A stretch of 64,000 nucleotides of DNA, from contig CM120640.1 of NCBI GenBank assembly GCA_051362555.1, positions 24,042,225-24,106,224 of the forward strand, written 5' to 3'. Source of the DNA: Lingula anatina (lineage: Eukaryota; Animalia; Brachiopoda). The position numbers and the translations under genes were made by a program. Positions 1-12,000 of the stretch are shown here, in pieces; position 1 is the stretch's first letter; every line of letters starts with the position of its first letter. The notes under the pieces were generated by a model. That model searched no databases. It saw nothing but the letters and a program-made list of their open reading frames with translations, and was not told the origin of the DNA.

Positions 1-3000
1 AGTCCATGTTCGTGTGGGGTCGCTCATCATCTTCTTTGTCCTGGAAAAAGAAATGAAAAACAAGATTAGATTCTTTCAATTTACCAATACCATCACCCCA
101 AAAAATGAAATTTACTAACCTTAGCTTGGATCCAAGAGTGAAGTCCATGTCCGTGTGGGGTCGCTCATCATCTTCTTCGTCCTGTAAAAAGAAATGAAAA
201 ACAAGTTTAGATTTTTTCAATTTACCCATCCTACAACCCCCCAAAAAAGAAATTTACTAACCTTAGCTTGGATCCAAGAGTGAAGTCCATGTCCGGGTGG
301 GGTTGCTCATCATCTTCTTTGTCCTGTAAAAAGAAATGAAAAACAAAATTAGATTCTTTCAATTTACCCATCCTACAACCCTAAAAGAATAAAATTTACT
401 AACCTTAGATTGGATCCAAGAGTGAAGTCCATGTCCGTGTGGGCTCGCTCATCAACTTCTTTATCCTGGAAAAAGAAATTTAAAACAAGATTAGATTCTT
501 TCAATTTACCCATCCTACAACCCCAAAAGAATAAAATTTACTAACCTTAGATTGGATCCAAGAATGAAGTCCATGTCTGGGTGGGGTCACTCATCCTTAT
601 TGTGGATCCAAGAGTGTAGTCCATGTCCGTGTGGGGTCGCTCATCATCTTCTTTATCCTGTAAAAAGAAATGTAAAACAAGATTAGATTCTTTCAATTTA
701 CCAATACCATCACCCCAAAAAAATTAAATTTACTAACCTTAGCTTGGATCCAAGAGCGAAGTCCATGTCCGGGTGGGGTCGCTCATCATCTTCTTTGTCC
801 TGGAAAAAGAAATGAAAAACAAGATTAGATTCTTTTAATTTACCCATCCTACAACCCCAAAAAAATAAAATTTACTAACCTTAGATTGGATCCAAGAGTG
901 AAGTCCATGTCCGTGTGGGGTCACTCATCATCTTCTTTGTCCTGGAAAAAGAAATTAAAAACACGATTAGATTCTTTCAATTTACCAATACCATCACCCC
1001 AAAAAAATTAAATTTACTAACCTTAGCTTGGATCCAAGAGTGAAGTCCATGTCTGGGTGGGGTCGCTCATCATCTTCTTTGTCCTGTAAAAAGAAATGAA
1101 AAACAAGATTAGATTTTTTCCATTTACCCATCCTATAACCCCAAAAAAAATGAAATTAACTAACCTTAGATTGGATCCAAGAGTGAAGTCCATGTCTGGG
1201 TGGGGTCGCTCATCATCTTCTTTGCCCTGGAAAAAGAAATGTAAAACAAGATTAGATTCTTTCAATTTACCCATCCTACAACCTCAAAAAAATGAAATTT
1301 ACCAACCTTAGATTGGATCCAAGAGTAAAGACCATGTCTGGGTAGGGTCGCTCATCCTTAGTGTGGAACCAAGAGTGTAGTCCATGTCCGTGTGGGGTCG
1401 CTCATCATCTTCTTTGACCTGGAAAAAGAAATGTAAAACAAAATTAGATTTCTTCAATTTACCCATCCCAACACCCCCCAAAAAAAGGAAATTTCCTTAC
1501 CTTACATTGGATCCAAGAGTGTAGTCCATGTTTATGTGGGGTCCCTCATCATCTTCTTTGTCCTGTAAAAATAAATGAAAAACAAGATTAGATTCTTTCA
1601 ATTTACCCATCCTACAACCTCAAAAAAATGAAATTTACCAACCTTAGATTGGATCCAAGAGTGAAGTCCATGTCTGGGCAGGGTTGCTCATCATCTTCTT
1701 TGTCCCGTAAAAGGAAATGAAAAACAAGATTAGATTTTTTCAATTTACCCATCCTACAACCCCAAAAAAATGAAATTTACTAACCTTAGCTTGGATCCAA
1801 GAGTGAAGACCATGTCCGGGTGGGGTCCCTCATCATCTCCTTTGTCCTGTAAAAAGAAATGAAAAACAAGATTAGATTTGTTCAATTTACCAATACCATC
1901 ACCTCAAAACAATGAAATTTACTAACCTTAGCTTGGATCCAAGAGCGAAGTCCATGTCCGGGTGGGGTCGCTCATCATCTTCTTTGTCCTGGAAAAAGAA
2001 ATGAAAAACAAGATTAGATTCTTTCAATTTACCCATCCTACAACCTCAAAAAAATGAAATTTACAAACCTTAGATTGGATCCAAGAGTAAAGACCATGTC
2101 TGGGTGGGGTCACTCATCCTTATTGTGGATCCAAGAGTGTAGTCCATGTCCGTGTGAGGTCGCTCATCATCTTCTTTATCCTGTAAAAAGAAATTAAAAA
2201 CAAGATTAGATTCTTTCAATTTACCCATCCTACAACCCCAAAAAAATAAAATTTACTAACCTTAGATTGGATCCAAGAGTGAAGTCCATGTCCGTGTGGG
2301 GTCGCTCATCATCTTCTTTGTCCTGGAAAAAGAAATTAAAAACACGATTAGATTCTTTCAATTTACCAATACCATCACCCCAAAAAAATGAAATTTACTA
2401 ACCTTAGCTTGGATCCAAGAGTGAAGTCCATGTCCGTGTGGGGTCGCTCATCATCTTCTTTGTCCTGTAAAAAGAAATGAAAAACAAGATTAGATTCTTT
2501 CAATTTACCCATCCTACAACCTCAAAAAAATGAAATTTACTAACCTTAGCTTGGATCCAAGAGTGAAGTCCATGTGTGGGTGGGGTCGCTCATCATCTTC
2601 TTTGTCCTGTAAAAAGAAATGAAAAACAAGTTTAGATTTTTTCCATTTACCCATCCTATAACCCCAAAAAAATGAAATTAACTAACCTTAGATTGGATCC
2701 AAGAGTGAAGTCCATGTCCGGGTGGGGTCGCTCATCATCTTCTTTTTCCTGTAAAAAGAAATGTAAAACAAGATTAGATTCTTTCAATTTACCCATCCTA
2801 CAACCCCCAAAAAATAACATTTACTAACCTTAGCTTGGATCCAAGAGTGAAGTCCATGTCTGTGTGGGGTCGCTCATCATCTTCTTTGTCCTGGAAAAAG
2901 AAATGAAAAACAAGATTACATTCTTTCGATTTACCAATACCATCACCCCAAAAAAATGAAATTTACTAACCTTAGCTTGGATCCAAGAGTGAAGTCCATG

Positions 3001-6000
3001 TCCGTGTGGGGTCGCTCATCATCTTCTTCGTCCTGTAAAAAGAAATGAAAAACAAGATTAGATTTTTTCAATTTACCCATCCTACAACCCCGAAAAAAAG
3101 AAATTTACTAACCTTAGCTTGGATCCAAGAGTGAAGTCCATGTCCAGGTGGGGTTGCTCATCATCTTCTTTGTCCTGTAAAAAGAAATGAAAAACAAAAT
3201 TAGATTCTTTCAATTTACCCATCCTACAACCCCAAAAGAATAAAATTTACTAACCTTAGATTGGATCCAAGAATGAAGTCCATGTCCGTGTGGGGTTGCT
3301 CATCATCTTCTTTGTCCTGGAAAAAGAAATGTAAAACAAGATTAGATTCTTTCAATTTACCCATCCTACAACCTCAAAAAAATGAAATTTACTAACCTTA
3401 GCTTGGATCCAAGAGTGAAGTCCATGTGTGGGTGGGGTCGCTCATCATCTTCTTTGTCCTGTAAAAAGAAATGAAAAACAAGTTTAGATTTTTTCCATTT
3501 ACCCATCCTATAACCCCAAAAAAATGAAATTAACTAACCTTAGATTGGATCCAAGAGTGAAGTCCATGTCTGGGTGGGGTCGCTCATCATCTTCTTTTTC
3601 CTGTAAAAAGAAATGTAAAACAAGATTAGATTCTTTCAATTTACCCATCCTACAACCCCAAAAAAATAAAATTTACTAACCTTAGCTTGGATCCAAGAGT
3701 GAAGTCCATGTCTGTGTGGGGTCGCTCATCATCTTCTTTGTCCTGGAAAAAGAAATGAAAAACAAGATTACATTCTTTCGATTTACCAATACCATCACCC
3801 CAAAAAAATGAAATTTACTAACCTTAGCTTGGATCCAAGAGTGAAGTCCATGTCCGTGTGGGGTCGCTCATCATCTTCTTCGTCCTGTAAAAAGAAATGA
3901 AAAACAAGATTAGATTTTTTCAATTTACCCATCCTACAACCCCGAAAAAAAGAAATTTACTAACCTTAGCTTGGATCCAAGAGTGAAGTCCATGTCCAGG
4001 TGGGGTTGCTCATCATCTTCTTTGTCCTGTAAAAAGAAATGAAAAACAAAATTAGATTCTTTCAATTTACCCATCCTACAACCCCAAAAGAATAAAATTT
4101 ACTAACCTTAGATTGGATCCAAGAGCGAAATCCATGTCCGGGTGGGGTCGCTCATCATCTTCTTTGTCCTGGAAAAAGAAATGAAAAACAAGATTAGATT
4201 CTTTCAATTTACCCATCCTACAACCTCAAAAAAATGAAATTTACAAACCTTAGATTGGATCCAAGAGTAAAAACCATGTCTGGGTGGGGTCACTCATCCT
4301 TAGTGTGGATCCAAGAGTGTAGTCCATGTCCGTGTGGGGTTGCTCATCATCTTCTTTATCCTGTAAAAAGAAATGTAAAACAAGATTAGATTCCTTCAAT
4401 TTACCCATCCTACAACCCCAAAAAAATAAAATTTACTAACCTTAGATTGGATCCAAGAGTGAAGTCCATGTTCGTGTGGGGTCGCTCATCATCTTCTTTG
4501 TCCTGGAAAAAGAAATGAAAAACAAGATTAGATTCTTTCAATTTACCAATACCATCACCCCAAAAAATGAAATTTACTAACCTTAGCTTGGATCCAAGAG
4601 TGAAGTCCATGTCCGTGTGGGGTCGCTCATCATCTTCTTCATCCTGTAAAAAGAAATGAAAAACAAAATTAGATTCTTTCAATTTACCCATCCTACAACC
4701 CCAAAAGAATTAAATTTACTAACCTTAGATTGGATCCAAGAGTGAAGTCCATGTCCGTGTGGGCTCGCTCATCAACTTCTTTATCCTGGAAAAAGTAATG
4801 TAAAACAAGATTAGATTCTTTCAATTTACCCATCCTACAACCCCAAAAGAATAAAATTTACAAACCTTAGATTGGATCCAAGAGTAAAGACCATGTCTGG
4901 GTGGGGTCACTCATCCTTATTGTGGATCCAAGAGTGTAGCCCATGTCCGTGTGGGGTCGCTCATCATCTTCTTTATCCTGTAAAAAGAAATGTAAAACAA
5001 GATTAGATTCTTTCAATTTACCAATACCATCACCCCAAAAAAATGAAATTTACTAACCTTAGCTTGGATCCAAGAGCGAAGTCCATGTCCGGGTGGGGTC
5101 GCTCATCATCTTCTTTGTCCTGGAAAAAGAAATGAAAAACAAGATTAGATTCTTTCAATTTACCCATCCTACAACCTCAAAAAAATGAAATTTACAAACC
5201 TTAGATTGGATCCAAGAGTAAAGACCATGTCTGGGTGGGGTCACTCATCCTTATTGTGGATCCAAGAGTGAAGTCCATGTCTGGGTGGGGTCGCTCATCA
5301 TCTTCTTTGTCCTGTAAAAAGAAATGAAAAACAAGATTAGATTTTTTCCATTTACCCATCCTATAACCCCAAAAAATGAAATTAACTAACCTTAGATTGG
5401 ATCCAAGAGTGAAGTCCATGTCTGGGTGGGGTCGCTCATCATCTTCTTTGCCCTGGAAAAAGAAATGTAAAACAAGATTAGATTCTTTCAATTTACCCAT
5501 CCTACAACCTCAAAAAAATGAAATTTACCAACCTTAGATTGGATCCAAGAGTAAAGACCATGTCTGGGTAGGGTCGCTCATCCTTAGTGTAGAACCAAGA
5601 GTGTAGTCCATGTCCGTGTGGGGTCGCTCATCATCTTCTTTGACCTGGAAAAAGAAATGTAAAACAAAATTAGATTTCTTCAATTTACCCATCCCAACAC
5701 CCCCCAAAAAAAGGAAATTTCCTTACCTTACATTGGATCCAAGAGTGAAGTCCATGTCTGGGCAGGGTTGCTCATCATCTTCTTTGTCCTGTAAAAGGAA
5801 ATGAAAAACAAGATTAGATTTTTTCAATTTACCCATCCTACAACCCCAAAAAAATTAAATTTACTAACCTTAGCTTGGATCCAAGAGTGAAGACCATGTC
5901 CGGGTGGGGTCGCTCATCATCTCCTTTGTCCTGTAAAAAGAAATGAAAAACAAGATTAGATTTGTTCAATTTACCAATACCATCACCTCAAAACAATGAA

Positions 6001-9000
6001 ATTTACTAACCTTAGCTTGGATCCAAGAGCGAAGTCCATGTCCGGGTGGGGTCGCTCATCATCTTCTTTGTCCTGGAAAAAGAAATGAAAAACAAGATTA
6101 GATTCTTTCAATTTACCCATCCTACAACCTCAAAAAAATGAAATTTACAAACCTTAGATTGGATCCAAGAGTAAAGACCATGTCTGGGTGGGGTCACTCA
6201 TCCTTATTGTGGATCCAAGAGTGTAGTCCATGTCCGTGTGAGGTCGCTCATCATCTTCTTTATCCTGTAAAAAGAAATGTAAAACAAGATTAGATTCTTT
6301 CAATTTACCAATACCATCATCCCAAAAAAATGAAATTTACTAACCTTAGCTTGGATCCAAGAGCGAAGTCCATGTCCGGGTGGGGTCCCTCATCATCTTC
6401 TTTGTTCTGGAAAAAGAAATGAAAAACAAGATTAGATTCTTTCAATTTACCCATCCTACAACCCCAAAAAAATAAAATTTACTAACCTTAGATTGGATCC
6501 AAGAGTGAAGTCCATGTCCGTGTGGGGTCGCTCATCATCTTCTTTGTCCTGGAAAAAGAAATTAAAAACACGATTAGATTCTTTCAATTTACCAATACCA
6601 TCACCCCAAAAAAATGAAATTTACTAACCTTAGCTTGGATCCAAGAGCGAAGTCCATGTCCGGGTGGGGTAGCTCATCATCTTCTTTGTCCTGGAAAAAG
6701 AAATGAAAAACAAGATTAGATTCTTTCAATTTACCCATCCTACAACCTCAAAAAAATGAAATTTACAAACCTTAGATTGGATCCAAGAGTAAAGACCATG
6801 TCTGGGTAGGGTCACTCATCCTTATTGTGGATCCAAGAGTGTAGTCCATGTCCGTGTGGGGTCGCTCATCATCTTCTTTGTCCTGGAAAAAGAAATGTAA
6901 AACAAAATTAGATTCTTTCAATATACCAATACCATCACCCAAAAAAAATGAAATTTACTAACCTTAGCTTGGATCCAAGAGTGAGGTCCATGTCCGGGTG
7001 GGGTCGCTCATCATCTTCTTTATCCTGTAAAAAGAAATGTAAAACAAGATTAGATTCTTTCAATTTACCTATCCTACAACCCCAAAAGAATAAAATTTAC
7101 TAACCTTATATTGGATCCAAGAGTGAAGTCCATGTCCGTGTGGGCTCGCTCATCAACTTCTTTATCCTGGAAAAAGAAATGTAAAACAAGATTAGATTCT
7201 TTCAATTTACCCATCCTACAACCCCAAAAGAATAAAATTTACTAACCTTAGATTGGATCCAAGAATGAAGTTTACTAACCTTAGCTTGGATCCAAGAGCG
7301 AAGTCCATGTCCGGGTGGGGTAGCTCATCATCTTCTTTGTCCTGGAAAAAGAAATGAAAAACAAGATTAGATTCTTTCAATTTACCCATCCTACAACCTC
7401 AAAAAAATGAAATTTACAAACCTTAGATTGGATCCAAGAGTAAAGACCATGTCTGGGTGGGGTCACTCATCCTTATTGTGGATCCAAGAGTGTAGTCCAT
7501 GTCCGTGTGGGGTCGCTTATCATCTTCTTTATCCTGTAAAAAGAAATGTAAAACAAGAATAGATTCTTTCAATTTACCAATACCATCACCCCAAAAAAAT
7601 GAAATTTACTAACCTTAGATTGGATCCAAGAATGAAGTCCATGTCCGTGTGGGCTCGCTCATCAACTTCTTTATCCTGGAAAAAGAAATGATAAACAAGA
7701 TTAGATTTTTTCAATTTACCCATCCTACAACCCCAAAAAAATTGAATTTACTAACCTTAGCTTGGATCCAAGAGTGAAGACCATGTCCGGGTGGGGTCGC
7801 TCATCAACTTCTTTATCCTGGAAAAAGAAATGTAAAACAAGATTAGATTCTTTCAATTTACCCATCCTACAACCCCAAAAGAATAAAATTTACTAACCTT
7901 AGATTGGATCCAAGAATGAAGTCCATGTCCCTGTGGGCTCGCTCATCAACTTCTTTATCCTGGAAAAAGAAATGTAAAACAAGATTAGATTCTTTCAATT
8001 TACCCATCCTACAACCCCAAAAGAATAAAATTTACTAACCTTAGATTGGATCCAAGAATGAAGTTTACTAACCTTAGCTTGGATCCAAGAGCGAAGTCCA
8101 TGTCCGGGTGGGGTAGCTCATCATCTTCTTTGTCCTGGAAAAAGAAATGAAAAACGAGATTAGATTCTTTCAATTTACCCATCCTACAACCTCAAAAAAA
8201 TGAAATTTACAAACCTTAGATTGGATCCAAGAGTAAAGACCATGTCTGGGTGGGGTCACTCATCCTTATTGTGGATCCAAGAGTGTAGTCCATGTCCGTG
8301 TGGGGTCGCTCATCATCTTCTTTATCCTGTAAAAAGAAATGTAAAACAAGAATAGATTCTTTCAATTTACCAATACCATCACCCCAAAAAAATGAAATTT
8401 ACTAACCTTAGCTTGGATCCAAGAGTGAAGTCCATGTCTGGGTGGGGTCGCTCATCATCTTCTTTGTCCTGTAAAAAGAAATGAAAAACAAGATTAGATT
8501 TTTTCCATTTACCCATCCTATAACCCCAAAAAAATGAAATTAACTAACCTTAGATTGGATCCAAGAGTGAAGTCCATGTCTGGGTGGGGTCGCTCATCAT
8601 CTTCTTTGTCCTGGAAAAAGAAATGTAAAACAAGATTAGATTCTTTCAATTTACCCATCCTACAACCTCAAAAAAATGAAATTTACCAACCTTAGATTGG
8701 ATCCAAGAGTAAAGACCATGTCTGGGAAGGGTCGCTCATCCTTAGTGTGGATCCAAGAGTGTAGTCCATGTCCGTGTGGGGTCGCTCATCATCTTCTTTG
8801 TCCTGGAAAAAGAAATGTAAAACAAAATTACATTCTTTCAATTTACCAATACCATCACCCAAAAAAAATGAAACTTACTAACCTTAGCTTGGATCCAAGA
8901 GTGAGGTCCATGTCCGGGTGGGGTCGCTCATCATCTTCTTTATCCTGTAAAAAGAAATGTAAAACAAGATTAGATTCTTTCAATTTACCCATCCTACAAC

Positions 9001-12000
9001 CCCCAAAAAATAAAATTTACTAACCTTAGATTGGATCCAAGAGTGAAGTCCATGTCCGTGTGGGGTCGCTCATCATCTTCTTTGTCCTGGAAAAAGAAAT
9101 TAAAAACACGATTAGATTCTTTCAATTTACCAATACCATCACCCCAAAAAAATGAAATTTACTAACCTTAGCTTGGATCCAAGAGTGAAGTCCATGTCTG
9201 GGTGGGGTCGCTCATTATCTTCTTTGTCCTGTAAAAAGAAATGAAAAACAAGATTAGATTTTTTCCATTTACCCATCTTATAACCCCAAAAAAATGAAAT
9301 TAACTAACCTTAGATTGGATCCAAGAGTGAAGTCCATGTCTGGGTGGGGTCGCTCATCATCTTCTTTGTCCTGGAAAAAGAAATGTAAAACAAGATTAGA
9401 TTCTTTCAATTTACCCATCCTACAACCTCAAAAAAATGAATTTTACCAACCTTAGATTGGATCTAAGAGTAAAGACCATGTCTGGGTGGGGTCGCTCATC
9501 CTTTGTGTGGATCCAAGAGTGTAGTCCATGTCCGTGTGGGGTCGCTCATCATCTTCTTTGACCTGGAAAAAGAAATGTAAAACATAATTAGATTCTTTCA
9601 ATTTACCCATCCTACAACCTCAAAAAAATGAATTTTACCAACCTTAGATTGGATCTAAGAGTAAAGACCATGTCTGGGTAGGGTCGCTCATCATCTTCTT
9701 TGTCCTGTAAAAAGAAATGTAAAACAAAATTAGATTCTTTCAATTTACCAATACCATCACCCAAAAAAAATGAAATTTACTAACCTTAGCTTGGATCCAA
9801 GAGTGAGGTCCATGTCCGTGTGGGGTCGCTCATCATCTTCTTTGTCCTGTAAAAAGAAATGAAATACAACATTAGATTTTGTCAATTTACCCATCCTACA
9901 ACCCTAAAAAAATTAAATTTACTAACCTTAGCTTGCATCCAAGAGTAAAGTCTATGGCCAGGTGGGGTCGCTCATCATCTTCTTTATTCTGTAAAAAGAA
10001 ATGAAAAACAAGATTAGATTTCTTCAATTTACCCATCACACCCCCCCCCCCCCCCCCAAAAAAAAGGAAATTTCCTTACCTTACATTGGATCCAAGACTG
10101 TAGTCCACGTTTATGTGGGGTCCCTCATCATCTTCTTTGTCCTGTAAAAAGAAATGAAATACAACATTAGATTTTTTCAATTTAACCATCCCACCAACCC
10201 AAAAAAATGAAATTTACTAACCTTAGCTTGCATCCAAGAGTAAAGTCCATGGCCGGGTGGGGTGGCTCATCATCTTCTTTGTCCTGTAAAAAGAAATGAA
10301 AAACAAGATTAGATTTTTTCAATTTACCCATCCTATAACCCCAAAAGAATAAAATTTACTAACCTTAGATTGGATCCAAGAGTGAAGTCCATGTCCGGGT
10401 GGGGTCGCTCATCATCTTCTTTATCCTGTAAAAAGAAATGAAAAACAAGATTAGATTTTTTCAATTTACTCAACCTACAACCCCAAAAGAATAAAATTTA
10501 CTAACCTTAGCTTGGATCCAAGAGTGAAGTCCATGTCCGGGTGGGGTCGCTCATCATCTTCTTTGTCCTGTAAAAAGAAATGTAAAAAAAAGATTAGATT
10601 CTTTCAATTTACCAATACCATCACCCCAAAAAAATATAATTTACTAACCTTAGCTTGGATTGAAGAGTGAAGTCTATGTCCAGGTTGGGTTGCTCATCAT
10701 CTTCTTGGTCCTGGAAAAAGAAATTAAAAACAAGATTAGATTTTTTCAATTTACCCATAATACAACCTCAAAAAAATGAAATTTACTAACCTTAGTGTGG
10801 ATCCAAGACTGAAGTCCATGTCTGGGTGGGGTCACTCATCATCTTCTTTGTCCTGTCAAAAGAAATGAAAAACAAGATTAGATTTTTTCAATTTACCCAT
10901 CCTACAACCCCAAAAAAATGAAATTTACTAACCTTAGCTTGGATCCAAGAGTGAAGACCATGTCCGGGTGGGGTCGCTCATCATCTCCTTTGTCCTGTAA
11001 AAAGAAATGAAAAACAAGATTAGATTTGTTCAATTTACCCATTCCACCACCCCAAAAAAATTAAATTTACTAACCTTAGCTAGGATCTAAGAGTGAAGAC
11101 CATGTCCGAGTGGGGTTGCTCATCATCTTCTTTATCCTGTAAAAAGAAATGAAAAACAAGATTAGATATCTTTAATTTACCCATCCCACCACCCCCCAAA
11201 AAAAGAAATTTACTAACCTTAGCTTGCATCCAAGAGTAAAGTCCATGGCCGGGTGGGTTCGCTCATCATCTTCTTTGTCCTGTAAAAAGAAATGAAAAAC
11301 AAGATTAGATTCTTTCAATTTACCCATCCTACAACCTCAAAAAAATGAAATTTACCAACCTTAGATTGGATCCAAGAGTGAAGTCCATGTCTGGGCAGGG
11401 TTGCTCATCATCTTCTTTGTCCTGTAAAAGGAAATGAAAAACAAGATTAGATTTTTTCAATTTACCCATCCTACAACCCCCCAAAAAATGAAATTTACTA
11501 ACCTTATCTTTGATCCAAGACTGAAGTCCATGTCTGGGCAGGGTTGCTCATCATCTTCTTTGTCCTGTAAAAAGAAATGAAAAACAAGATTAGATTTTGT
11601 CAATTTACCCATCCTACAACCCCAAAAAAATGAAATTTACTAACCTTAGCTTGCATCCAAGAGTAAAGTCCATGGCCGGGTGTGGTCACTCATCATCTTC
11701 TTTATCCTGTAAAAAGAAATGCAAAACAAGATTAGATTCTTTCAATTTACCCATCCTACAACCCCAAAAGAATAAAATTTACTAACCTTAGCTTGCATCC
11801 AAGAGTAAAGTCCATGGCCGGGTGGGGTCGCTCATCATCTTCTTTATTCTGTAAAAAGAAATGAAAAACTGAATTAGATTTTTTCAATTTACTAATACCA
11901 TCACCCCAAAAAAATGAAATTTACTAACCTTAGCTTGGATCCAAGAGTGAAGTCCATGTCTGGGTGGGGTCGCTCATCATCTTCTTTATTCTGTAAAAAG

